Positions 1 to 12,959 of a stretch of DNA of 64,000 bases are shown piece by piece. The translations under genes and the position numbers were made by a program. The notes beneath the pieces are model-generated. The model saw nothing but the letters and a program-made list of their open reading frames with translations, had not been told where the DNA came from and searched no databases. The stretch is from NCBI GenBank assembly GCA_903813345.2, contig CAIIXF020000001.1, positions 23,684,001-23,748,000 of the forward strand, read 5' to 3'. The stretch comes from Owenia fusiformis. Its lineage: Eukaryota. Each line of letters opens with the position of its first letter. The first letter of the stretch is position 1.

Positions 1-22
1 GTTTGGATTTTAGATTTCTTTT

Positions 23-56
23 ACTTCCGGGTCACATGACCAAACATCAAAATGGC
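23..56 (+). promoter_or_regulatory. Motif cluster immediately upstream of the ALIX ATG: ETS-like site, E-box/CLEAR-like site, YY1-like site
   Basis: ACTTCCGG (23-30), GTCACATGAC (31-40; one mismatch to the CLEAR palindrome GTCACGTGAC) and CAAAATGGC (48-56) overlapping the start codon. Function is inferred from motif match only. Confidence 0.4.
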
Positions 57-3000
57 CGGTGAATTTATTGCAGTTCCTCTGAAGAAAACCTGGGAATTAG
101 ATCACACTAAGCCTCTTAAGAATTTTATTTCAAACACATTTGCTAACGCAAGTCCCGAGGATTATAACAATGCCATTTCCGAGTTCAACAAACTTCGTAA
201 TCAAATGATATCGAAGTCTTTAGACAAACATGAATCTGCCCTGGAAGTTTTGTACAGGTGAGTTGTCAAAAATGATTCATTTCTATGTGACACTGAAATT
301 CATGATTAACTTATCAAATCAACTACACCATAGACTTAAAGAAATACCATGTCCAAGGCTATATTTTATTTAGAGCTGTTGTCTATAGTGTTGTCACGAT
401 AGACTGTATCCTTCGTCTGAATAAATTCAGACCGAATATCATCATATTCCGTCTGTTGGATACTAAGATTTTCGACATCTAAAAAGTCACTCGACTTTTT
501 TGTGATTTTGAATCACAGAAAGCATTCTGAAGTTTCAAATTGGCGCCATGTTTAATTTTTGGCATCCGCCTAATGTATATCACTTACCTTTTATTGATTC
601 TTTCATGTTTCGCAAAAACTCAGTTTGACCAGAGTACTCTGTCTCACTGCTCGAATTTTCTTGAAAAATGTCTATTTTCTAATCACCCGGACACCATACG
701 GTATACTTGGACTCGCCCAAAACGAGGGGTGTCCAACGCAAGATGGTAAAGATGAAGACATGTCGAAACTCTCAGAGAATCTATTCCATAATTTCAACAT
801 TGCTACGCGGTTTTACGAGCGACATTGATGCATCACCAGAATCAGCTTTGGCGATGCATATCGCGATGTATCGATTAATCGCGACAACATTTATGCTTTC
901 ACTTTGAAAATGTTTTAGCTTGCCAAAATGAACCAATGACCTCCAATTTTAACATTTGTTTTCACACACCGTTTTAGGTAGTATTATTTATTTGCTGCAT
1001 TCAGTATATTCACTGCATAACGTTCGATGTGCATCAATCTTTATTCCTACAAATTACAGACGCAACGATCTGCAATTATGGCACATTGCGACAATACTAG
1101 TTGTCTATTATGTGTTGTACTCTTGTCGCAATCTAGCCTAACCGATGGACATTTTCATTTATTATTAGCAATCTTCCTGAGTCAACATTTATGTACATTG
1201 TGAAAAATTATTGAAGACTTTCTGCTCAAAAAATTCCACTGATATATAATTGCATGGGAATTCTATAATCGTATAATAGTAATTCAACTTTCAGTAGAAG
1301 GTTTCATCATATTCAGCATCCAAGGTGGTTATAATTAAATAAATACCTAAGCTATATATTCTGTCTTGTGACATCTAAATGGTGTATCCTTCGAGAAGAA
1401 CTTCATGAAACCAATCAAAAGTATCAAAATATTTGTTTCATCACTTGTTACATGGAAAGGTATGTTGTCATAATCATAGGGAGAGTCCGTTTAGTGACAT
1501 GATATCTCTGCTTTGATAATATCATAGCATCATACCATTTGCCTAACATGCTTGATTTATTTTGAGATCTATATTTAGATCCCAGCTATACCATGAAGAG
1601 TCTATCCTCAGTATACTATTTCTAATACATGTACTTGTAATCTGTATTGTTTTTCAGGTATTATGACCAGTTGGTAGCCATTGACTCAAAGTTACCTATT
1701 TCGGAAAATCAGGTATGTTTAAAGTGAAGATTTTATGAAGTAAACAAGCTGAAGCTGAAGAAAATATGTTTACGAGAACATCAGAAAAAGAACTAAAAAA
1801 TGAGAAATAAATAGGTTGGGATGAAATGACAAAGGAAAGGTGAATTTTGATAGATTGTTTTTACATTTAAAAGACATATTAAATATTTTTTCTTTTACAT
1901 ACTACAGATATCAGTATTTTTAATGAGGTCTGAAAAGACTGGATCCTGAAAAATTGGATTAAAAAATATGGTGACCAGAAAAATTGTCATAGCTATTCTA
2001 CGTTCAGTATATACTTGAATAAGATGTCTTTAAACATTTATTTGATAACAGGATCTAACTAAATCAGGCAATACTGTTTATTCAAGTATTTATATGTAGC
2101 TACATAATGTTTACTTAAAACTTGTCAGAGTGCACTAAAATACTCTTTGATCTGTATTATGTATTTACATTTAATATATCTATTCTGTTAATAGTGATAT
2201 TTACAAAAATAACCTGCAATTTTCTCTAATATAATTTCAGGCAAGCAATAGTTTACTTATACATGTAGTCAGTACATATTTTTTCTCAAAATCAAAATAA
2301 GTCCAAATCATACACTGAGTCACATGCAAATGATGAACTGTTCAGACCACTTATACAATGAAGAAGTGTACTAATAATGCTATATGTCATCATAACCCTT
2401 TACATTCTTGTCATATGTACAGTGAAACCTGTGTAAGTAGAACTCCTTGATACCTCTAAAAAGTGTTCCACTTGGAAAGTACAATAAAACCTTTCTAAGT
2501 GGAACAAATTTGGTACCTAAAAAGTTTTCCACTTGAAAATTATTCCCTTTACAGAGGTTCAGTAGAAAATTAGTCATGTGACTCTGATATTGTTCAGCTA
2601 TGCAGATGTTTGAATTTACAGGTTTTTCTGCAGATTAATCATTAAACAGTTCTTTATGACTTTTTACAGCTGTTACTTTTTTGATTTCAATTTTTGAGAA
2701 ATATGCTCTGACTGTTATATGCATGTTTTTCAGATAAGAATAAACTACAAATGGCAAGATGCTTTCGACAAAGAATCATTTTTTGTTGGCAAAAGAACAC
2801 TGAGTAAGTATATTATAAACCGATGCAGATACAAGTTCATCTATTTGAGGCATTGTCCAGGTGTGGATCTGAAAATCAAGTGGAAAAACGTTTGCCCCAA
2901 AGTAATACCAGTTTGTTACCTAAATTGCCCGATGTAGGGAGAACCATATTTTGTGACTCCCACCCCCTCCCCCCAAATCTGCCAGTTGTGTCCATTATTG

Positions 3001-6000
3001 TTTTCAACGTTTTTTTGCATGGATTTGTTAATTAATATATGGTTCAAGTAATTGTTTCTGAGTAATTTTTGCTCCTCTGAGATAAAAACACAATACTCCA
3101 AGTTGTCATACTTGGTTACTCCTAGTTGTCATATTTGGTTACTGCAATCAATGAAATCTGACCCAGTATTATTGACCTTTATAACTAAGGAATCACTTCA
3201 TTTAATTACTGTACTTAGTGAAAATTTCTTCAAATCAAATTTTTTCATTTCATCCCTATGTTCAGTCTTTTTGATATTCCTCTTTTCCTTCAGCTTTATC
3301 CAGTGCTGCATATGAGAAAGTATGTGTGTTGTTCAATATTGGAGCTCTTCAGAGTCAGATTGCAGAGTCGCAGAACATGGAGTCTGATGATGGTCTTAAA
3401 ACCTCTGCTAAACTCTATCAGGTACAAAATGATTAATTATATTGAAAAATAGAAGAAACATTTTGATATAATATATTTAGTGCCTTATCATTTCAATGTT
3501 TTATTCAATGAATTATGTTTTTTATGAATTTTTTATTCATTTATAATATTTTTTACAAATCAGTTCTAACTAGTGTTGTCGCGATGTGCCATAATCATAC
3601 ATCGATGCATCGGCAATTTTCAGTAGTAAACATCGATGCACATCGCGATGTACATCGAGAAAAAGTCAGATAAAAGTGCACTGAAATACCGAACGCTAAT
3701 GCACTAAAATACCGAACAGAAAAAATTAATAAGAGTACGCTGGTACATCCGAGAACTTCTAGTAGCGGTGAAATGAAAGTAAACTAATTTTTTTAGATTA
3801 ATGGTTCATTTTGACTATCTAAAACAGTTTTAAAGCAAAAGAGTATCAGAAAACATTGGAAAATGAAATAAGACATTAGAAAGGTAAGCGATTTGCGTCA
3901 AAATAAGATAAGAAAGGGTGATTTTTAGCAAATTTAAAGCTGGACTGCGCTCCGAAACGCAATCTTGGGTTGTTTCGGGGGTGAACTTTATCATTTTGAG
4001 CTTAATGAAAGATTATAGAATGATGAACAAATGGGGCAAATCTTGTGTAGAAATACTTACGATAAATGTGTCATTTCAAAGATTATTCATTGAATTGCTT
4101 TGATCGGCACCGACGATATGATTTTGGAAAAGTTTCTAAATGAAGAACGTGACGTCACTTCCGAATCATAGCATTCAAAATAAGTAGCGTTTAATTACTT
4201 TCGACATTCATAAGAAGACGGTTGTCTAGGGGTACAATTCTCGCTTAGCACGCGGGAGGCCCGGGTTCGAATCCCGCATTCGCCTTTTTATTTATTTTTA
4301 ACTAAATGATTGTTCTTTGATATAACGCAGAAAAAAACAATTTTTATTTACATAAACTTTATATTAGAGCTTAAAAATGTAAAAACAATATATGTCAACA
4401 TATTGCGTTTTGGAGCGATGTGCAGGTTTAATTTTTTAAAAAACATCGATGTTTTGTTTCAGACATCGATGCATCGCCAGAATCAGCTTTGGCGATGCAT
4501 TAATCGCGACAACACTAGTTCTAACTATGTAAAAGTTATCATTTGCTCAACATATGTCATTGTGTGTGTTATATTATCTCTTGAAAAACCCATTTTGAAA
4601 TATTTTTGATTGTTCTTGAATTCAATTAAGGTAACTATTGTCTTCAATGATGTTATCTAATTGCAGCAAGCAGCTGGTATATTCAATTACCTGAAGGACT
4701 GTGTGTTGTCCCATGTCCAGCAAGAGCCAACTCCTGACCTTCACCCCGACACTCTGTCTGCCATTGGTGCATTACTATTGGCCCAGGCCCAGGAGTGCGT
4801 GTACAGAAAAGCTGCTATAGGTATATTTATATCATCATTTGTTATATAAAACAGTGGAACATTGGGATATTCATGGCTTGAATAATCACCCATCTTGTCA
4901 ATCTCAAAATTGATTTACATGGACAGAGTCAAGAATGGGTCTGTAGGTTCAATTATAGTGAGAACCAATTTTGGCTCACAGTTGGTCAACATTCTCATGA
5001 CTGTTACTAGGGAGGTTAAGCTACAAATTTTAAGGAGAATTTCAACATGAACCTTTGGTATTACGACCCCCATGAATTACTGTCCCCATATCAATCGGTT
5101 CTTGCAAAGGCCTAAAAACAATAACAACTACATGTATTTACCTTATACCTTTATGCTCAATCAGACAAAAGGATACAACGAAGGAGAGAACTACATGTAT
5201 TCCTGTAGGATCATAAATCTACACATTCACATACAAGTTGTATAATGATAATACACACACAAAAATATTATTTCAGATAAGATGAAGGACTCTATAGTTG
5301 CCAAGCTAGCACATCACTGTTCTGACCTTTACGCTGATGCAATGAAACAGCTTCAGCTCCATTCATTGAGAGAGCTTTGGCCTAAGGAATGGATCTCTTC
5401 TGCTGCTGCCAAACAAGCAGGTTTTCATGCAATGGCAGAGTACCACATGGCTAAGGATGAGGGGACTAGGAAAGCATATGGCCATGAAATTGCTAGGCTC
5501 AAGGTTCGTTTGATTTCCGATTATGTTTGATTTTTATTCACATTTATTTGCACAGTTATTTTCTTGTATCAATTTTTTAGGATTTTTAAGTTTCCTGAAA
5601 TAGGTCGGGCTAAATCCCAATTGATGCAATGTTTAAAAATCTTTAAAGTTAACTTACTCTTTGAAGAATCGCAATTTTCATGTTAAATCACAATAGATAT
5701 CAACAAGACCATCTGGTTGCCAATAGAGTTTTGCATTAATCCAATTAATTGGAAATATTTAATAATCAGGAATTAAGTGACTTTTGTCCAATTTGCTTGA
5801 AATTGTACAGGTACCTTAATTGCAAAACAAGTCACTAAGATTCAAAATGGCTGCCATTTTAGTTGCAGCAAAATCAGGTTTTCAGCTTGTCTTTGGTCAT
5901 AACTCCATAAGTATTCCAGCAATTTGCTTGAAATTATACAGGTACCTCTATTTCTAGATTATCAACAATGTCTACAAATTTTGTCAAAATATGTAACAAA

Positions 6001-9000
6001 AATTCAAAACGGCCGCCACTCTTATTACAGAAAAATCAGGCTTTTAGCTAAGTTATCAATAATGTCTACAAGCTCCTCCATATTATAATAAATAGTATTC
6101 ATGCCCAATCAAAACCTCTACTGCCATCTATTTTTCCCATTTATATGTCAATTCTATTCTATTCTACAAGTAATGTTATACCCAGAATACTTAACTGTTC
6201 AATTTAGAATTGAAACGTTTCATCCTATGTCTTTCATACTCATGTTTGTTTGTAGCATTCATCAGAATTGATGCAAGCATCAGCGACAAGAGGGGGTGGA
6301 ATATTCCCTTTCAAGAAAGAGGAGAACAAGATCAACCTGGCCCTGAAAGAAGCTGAGAAAGACAACAACTTTATATACCATGATAAAGTACCAGACAGGA
6401 ACACACTATCAGCTATTGGAAAAGCACCTGTTGCTAAAGCTTTACCCATACCAGCTCCAATGAGTAAAGATTTTAAAGGTATGTTCTTATCAATTGTATA
6501 AATGTAAAATAGTTATCTAGCCCATTTTGAAAGTTTGCCTTTTTGAATGGCCTAAATGGAGTGACGGACATTAATCACACATTTCAAATAAACTGTACAT
6601 GTATATCTTTATATTTGTAAGTTATCTGGAACAGATTACTCGCATTTATACACTCTCTTTTATGAATTTATTTTTTGCACAATCTCTTTTATGATTCCTG
6701 TTTTGTAATACATTCTAGTTCATGACTCTTTTACTCTCTTTTAATACTCTTGTTTATGCAGTCTTTTTTATGACTCTCATTCACACACTCTTTAATTACT
6801 TTCAGATTTATTTGAGAAAATAGTTCCACTAGCAGTCCATCAGGCCATTACAACATTTGATAACAGGAAGGCAGAGGTAATCAACATGGAAGTAGGGAGA
6901 TTGAGAGAACAGACACAACTTCTTAACAGGTACATCAATTGCATAGAAAGATTTGTTTAAGTCAATTCAATTTCTTCACCTAATATCTATCCAGCTTGAT
7001 ATGGTACTGTAGCTATTTTCATTTCTTGACATTTGACAGCTTTTCCATTAAACATTTTCGTGCATTTAACTTTTGAGATATGACAAAATACAATTACTTT
7101 ACAGTTTACCTTATTAAATCCTACCCATTTGATCGTACTTTGGTATTGTTGTAATATTGTTATTGTAATTTGATGATATTGCTATTGTAACATGATAAAA
7201 TTGCTATCTGATGATACTAGTATTGCTATCATTATTATAGTGTGTTGGCCTCCCTGAATCTCCCTGCAGCTATAGAGGATCTCTCTGGAGAAGCTGTACC
7301 AAGCTCCCTATTAGAAAAAGCCAGGACTTTGAAAGAGAATGGTGGAGGAATAGATTACATAAATAAACTAATGACAGATTTACCAGAATTATTGACTAGA
7401 AATAGAGAAATCCTAAATGAGGTAAATGAGTTATGAACGTGTTTGTTTCATTAGTTCTAGAATTGAAACAATCAGTTCACATATATAATGCCCATCTTAT
7501 TCTTTAATGAAGGTCCCCTGGCAAACAGTTAGTTAACGAAAACATGTACTCATTCTAAAAATTAGACTAAACATCCATTATGGGAGACAGATCACATTTT
7601 TACCAGGAAATGATGTCACAATCTTAAGGACTGATAAATTTCTACTTTATGTGACATGGCATTATTTCACAATTTTTGTTGTCTTGTCAACTTTTTTTGG
7701 AAGGTGTTCACCGATTGGCATTTAGCGGGTGGCAGTCAGCATTCTGTGTCTGTAACAAATGGCAGGTTGTGACATTTTTGCATGTTGATACATTGTTTGT
7801 GTCTGTTTCAGTCTACGAAACTACTAGATGATGAAGAAACCTCTGACAAACAATTACGTGAACAGTTCAAAGAACGCTGGACAAGAACGCCATCTGTAAA
7901 CCTCACAGAACCAATTAGGCAGGAGGGGAACAAATATAAAGGAATCTTAGACACGGCTATACAAGCTGATCATGTGGTCAAGGAAAAATATAACACACAT
8001 AGGGAAGGAATCGTCCTACTGTCAAAATCTGACGTATGTTCATTCAAACAATTTTTTCACTTAAAACTACATTTATTTGGTAATACAATCAAAAGCATTC
8101 ATTGAAAACAGATTTGTATTGTTTTTGTCATCAGAGGAAACATGTGACAGTTCTTCACAACTTCACATCCCGAGATGGACCCTATTTATACAATTGTTGA
8201 ATTGTAAAATTGTAATATTATAGAATTCTGCTTAAGTTACTTGATGAATCACACTCTTGTGTTATATTTACTGTAGGCTGAAATAGCAAGTGCTCTACCA
8301 TCGGGTAATCCTACAGCTGCCATGAAGGACCAACCCTTTGTTGTTGCCCTCAAACAACTTATGGAACAAGTAGAAACTATGAAGGCAGAGAGAGATGTTA
8401 TGGAGAATGAAATCAAGGAGGCTAAATGTGATATGGGTGAGTAAAACTATAGCATATAACAATATTGAGAATAAAGATGAAATGTTGACTCTAAAATGGA
8501 ATATTAAAGAACCTAAGCATTTGCAAAAGGTGTCCCTGATATATCTCAAGTTGGACAGAGTTTTCAAAACTATCTCATGTTTTATTTTTTTAAAATTATT
8601 TTCCAATTTTTAGAGTTTCCAAGTATAAAAGAAATATTTCCATGTGTTGTATATCTTGTATTTTTCATTCTACAGCTGCCAAGTTTCTGGGTGCATTAAG
8701 TGCAGATGGTGCAATAGAAGAAGATCTTATCTCATCGCAAGAGTTAGAGGCCATGTATGGACCTCTTAGAGAGCAAGTCCGTGACAGCGTTACCAGACAA
8801 GAGACTCTCCTAGCTGATATTCAGGTGATTTATAATATTGCAACACAAATGATATCCATGATTTTAATGACCTATTAACAATGGTTGAATTATTTTTATC
8901 CATGCTTATTTTTAACAGTCTTGATTTATCAAATATCTATCAATGTGCAGTGAACCAGCATGGGACAATCATACCTAGTGCTTGGGAATAAAATTGAATT

Positions 9001-10893
9001 TTCAGGCACCAGAAATTCACTTTATTGTGAAATAAGGCCTTAAGAATATAACATTAATGATCATTATAATATCATTAGAATGATGATAACAGAATGGTTG
9101 CCTGTCAGGTCCTGACATGTACCTGAGATTGTTGAAAGTTTTCTTCATCACTAAATCTGAGGAATTCAACATCTCATATTTTCCTAAATATAGGAAGCAA
9201 TCTCTGATACTATAAGTAATATACAAATATTTGAATGTGTGTTGTTAAATCATTTTTAAATTAATTTTAACAATATGTTTTTTTATTCCAGAGAGCAAAT
9301 ACTGAATTCTGCAATGCTAAATCTTCAAACCAAAGTGCTGCAACACGAGAGACAATGCTTAAAGACTTAGCTGCTGCATTTGATAATTACATGGAACTTA
9401 AAGGAAATCTAGAAGAAGGAACGAAGGTAAACATTACAAATATATATAAACATGGAATATTATTTAACTTAAAAATGGATGGAGCTCAATGAATATTTCC
9501 AATTTAAACAATACACATTTCTAAATTGAACCTCTATCATTTCCAGTACTCACCTTTCTCATTGAAACAATTATTTTTTGAATGTTTCATAAATTTTTTG
9601 ATTGGATTTTCTCTATCTATATCCATGGTATTGAAATTAACTGTTGATTGTATGTAAATATTGGATATTGTTCAGAGCACATAACATACAAGAAAAATTT
9701 CAATTTTTGATACTACATTGTATTTTACAAGCTTACCATTACACATAGCTTTAAAGTGCTAATAGGCTCTACTCTGATATGTTCCAGTTCTACAATGACC
9801 TAACCCAGCTGTTAGTGAGGTTCCAGAATAAGGTGACCGACTTCTGTTTTGCTAGGAAGACTGAAAAGGAGGAATTAATGAAGGATTTACAAACTAACAT
9901 AGCCAACCAACCCACACAGGCTCCCCCGGCTGCACCTTCTTACCAAAAAGGTTAAACAAAGTTTTATAAATACTTGCAATCTATCATGGATTTCCATCTG
10001 CCTGTATACATATATATTTGTATTGGTTCCAATGTATGATGCATGTATAGTTAAAAAAGTGTATTACAGTCATTCACAATTTTTATTGCAGTTCATTCTA
10101 CTATTAATGATTATTATAATATTGCAGTAATTTGCAAATTGTATTTCAGCTCAAGCTCCTGCAAGACCTCCCCCACCCACTCTGCCTACGTCCCAGCCCA
10201 CACAGGCCTCAGCCCAAGCCCCCCAGGCCTCAGCTCCAGCCCCCCACCAGGCTCCACAGAGGCCAAGCCAACCACCAACAATTCCACAAGCCGCTCCTCC
10301 ACAGTCACAACAGCCCCCAGCTTATGGTGAGTCGGAACATTTACTACATTTCAGAATATTCTGAAGAAATTGCCGATTATTACAATTTCAAATATTAAAG
10401 GTGCATAATTCTGAATGTTAACTTATTACTAGTTTGAAATATTTATGAATGTTAACGTCCTGAAGTATTTTCTTATTGGCAACCCTATTATATATTAAAA
10501 TGTCCAATTTTTAGTCTTAAGCATTTATTGCACACTAAATACCACAGCTTCAAGCATTTAGATTTGACCAATTACTCTGTTTTCTTTACAGGCCAGGGAG
10601 CCCCACAACTCCCCTACCCTGCCAACCCAGGTTATGGTGGCCAGCAGTACCCTCAGGCAGCAGGGGGTTATCCGCAGTATGCCCCTCCAGCCATGCCCCA
10701 AGGATTCAACCCATACGCCCAGTATGGACAACAACCTCAGTATGGACAGAACCCTTATGGTGCTCCTCCCAGTGCACCACCCCAGGGGGCTTACCCCCCA
10801 CAGCAGCCCTACCCAGGTCAACAACCTGGCTATCCTCAACAACCTGGGTATCCTCCACAGGGCCAGTACCCCCAGCAACCTCAATGGAGATAG
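52..10893 (+). CDS. PDCD6IP: Programmed cell death 6-interacting protein (ALIX): Bro1 domain, V domain, Pro/Tyr/Gln-rich tail; ~891 aa, 16 coding exons
   Basis: Exons, all GT-AG and phase-consistent, total 2676 nt: 52-257, 1658-1712, 2734-2803, 3294-3421, 4667-4820, 5277-5503, 6256-6478, 6806-6929, 7241-7421, 7812-8033, 8277-8436, 8676-8824, 9292-9426, 9788-9950, 10150-10326, 10592-10893. Recognisable ALIX motifs: [98 protein letters not shown]. Confidence 0.97.
386..1099. mobile_element. hAT-like non-autonomous DNA transposon (MITE) in ALIX intron 1
   Basis: TIR TAGTGTTGTCACGAT ... ATTGCGACAATACTA; 8-bp TSD GTTGTCTA at 378-385 and 1100-1107; same terminal family as 3571-4517. Confidence 0.8.
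3938..4427 (+). mobile_element. TTAA-flanked (Kolobok-like) non-autonomous element, copy 1, containing a tRNA-like cassette
   Basis: TTAA at 3934-3937 and 4428-4431; imperfect termini AGCTGGACTGCGCTCCGAAA / TTTGGAGCGATGTGCAGGT; long reverse-complement similarity to 62573-63060. Confidence 0.7.
4215..4284 (+). pseudogene. tRNA-derived sequence (tRNA-Pro-like body, AGC in the anticodon loop), probably non-functional
   Basis: GTCTAGGGGTA A-box-like segment, CTCGC-TTAGCAC-GCGGG anticodon arm, CGGGTTCGAATCCCG T-arm/B-box, followed by TTTTT. The acceptor stem pairs poorly and it lies inside a repeat. Confidence 0.65.
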
Positions 10894-12796
10894 GGCTCAG
10901 TTCATCGGGTATGGACCAGTCATGTGTATCACCTGCAGAATCCTTCAACTCTCAACATATCCCACACACTTGTGCACCATATGGTGACTACAACCACTTT
11001 TAGGAATATTCAATCGATATAATTCCAAAACACTAGAATGATGTTGCAAAAGGGTCTATATTTCAAATTGGACAATACAACACCCCTTCCCTAGATAGAC
11101 TATCATATTCACATTTTCCATGAGTTCTATCAATGCGTGCAATTTGATATAAAATCCCACACTGAAGACAGATTGGATCTCTGAACCAGCATTACATGTC
11201 ATTGGTGTAGTATATGAATTGTGCATAGAATGGAACTTGTATAAAGTGACCCTTAGATTTATAGTGTTATTACTTGATGGACTATGAACAATGTTGGTGA
11301 AGGATAAACAACAGGTGAAATGCAAACAGATATTAAAATGCTTTATTATTCTCATTAGCATATACTTTTGTATCAATAAGTATATTAGACATGTCAGTCT
11401 TGAGATTAGAATACGGAACAAATGATATGTAAACTATGATTTTCAAAAGAATCCAGTGATGTTCTCACTCTTAGTATGTCTTACATGTATATGTGGTAAA
11501 AAGAAAAAAGTCATTCTCTGGAAATTTCATTCAAAGCTCTTGTCATCTATGTATGGCAAGTCATTGTTGCATTAAATCAGTAATATTTCTTGTAGATTGC
11601 AGTTCATAGAATTATTTATTATATTATTTGTTTCATTGAAAAAAGTTAATATGATCTGTTTACATGTGTTGTTCATTCCTGAATCATTAGGAGTAGAATT
11701 AGAATTTGTTAAGAGGGTGAGGGGCTAATTTCGATGCCATTTTAGGGTACTTTGACTTAAAGGATAGTTTCAACATCTTGTTGCTTGGCTCTAATTTTTG
11801 ATCCAGGGAGGCCCTTTTTTAGCATGAATGGAATCTTTATTTTTTTACCATAGTCAAACATGGTTGAAATGGAAGTTTTAGGTGCTAACAAGTAATGTTG
11901 ACTTTACCCCAATTCTAATGTCTAAGTTACCTCATGCATTGTCATTGCTCCTTTCACGCTAGTTGTCATGCAATAAGTTTGTATTTATATATAGGGCTTC
12001 ATGAATATATCTTCTATATCTGTTTAATATGGCATTGTGTAATATTCCACATCATTTGATGTCTATATGAAAATTGAATGTTTCTTAAATTTACTAAATT
12101 GGAATTTTTGTATTGCTTTTTCTGAATGATGAAGTATTTATTGACAATAAAATTGTATATTGTTTTTTGAATTATTTTTGTTGTAAAGTGGACATTCTTG
12201 ATATTAGTTATAGTTTTGTATGAAGCATACTGGCATAAGCAGCACTGTTACTGGTTTATACTTTGCCAAATTTAAACTTTATTGCCAAACACTGGACTTT
12301 GCAGTTTAACATTGTTATAGTTTGAAGAATTGATGGAATTTCAAACAAGATTGATTGTTTAGGTGAAATCAAAATGAATGATGGAAAATATGTTATACAA
12401 ACTATGAATATTAATATTTAAATTATCTTATATGAGGATAACTCCGTTCAAATTCATGTTATTCTCTGATATTATTATGTTGCAATGTAAAATTAAGTCG
12501 AACCAAATAAATATGTAAATCATGTATATAAAATATTCTACATTTATGTTATATAATGAGCAAGAATAAACGTTGTTAAAGTAGAATGAGCAACAAAGAG
12601 GCCTTTTTTGTTTGGTTGTAAACTGTAAGCACAGTCTTTATGTAAGAACTCTCAATTCAATCGTTCATAATGATGTTTCCAAACTGGTCTCTAGCCTAAT
12701 TATCTTGAATTTTTTATTCAAAGGTCTTCACTGATGTCTTATCAATGATATTAAGATGTCCAGGGTAATAGTAATTACAAGGGTAATTATTTAAGG

Positions 12797-12951
12797 AATA
12801 AATAATGACAGGCCATTCAATATGGTGAAATTCAGCATGAGTTGGACAGAATGTTGCACAAAGCATGAACCGAAGGTGAGTGCATTTGCACTGACATTCT
12901 GTCCAACGAGTGAAGAATTTCACCATATTGAATGGCCTGTCATTATTTATT
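12797..12951. repeat. Short fold-back palindrome (MITE-like) between the convergent 3' ends
   Basis: AATAAATAATGACAGGCCATTCAATATGGTGAAATT ... AATTTCACCATATTGAATGGCCTGTCATTATTTATT, plus inner GTTGGACAGAATGT / ACATTCTGTCCAAC. Confidence 0.85.
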
Positions 12952-12959
12952 ACTATCCA

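Larger units (their letters stand above)
3571..4517. mobile_element. hAT-like MITE carrying a nested TTAA-flanked element
   Basis: Perfect TIR TAGTGTTGTCGCGAT ... ATCGCGACAACACTA; 8-bp TSD GTTCTAAC at 3563-3570 and 4518-4525. Confidence 0.85.

Noticed and set aside
4215-4284. Functional tRNA-Ala(AGC) gene
   Set aside because: The acceptor stem does not pair and the sequence sits within nested repeats; kept only as tRNA-derived.
10558-10987. Overlapping antisense and alternate-frame ORFs at the ALIX last exon, and possible readthrough past TAG 10893
   Set aside because: Shadow ORFs of GC-rich low-complexity coding sequence; the TAG-G context is not a typical readthrough signal and no recognisable domain follows.
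11056-11421. 121-aa minus-strand ORF and similar short AT-rich ORFs in the track
   Set aside because: No recognisable motifs; composition typical of random ORFs in UTRs, introns and repeats.
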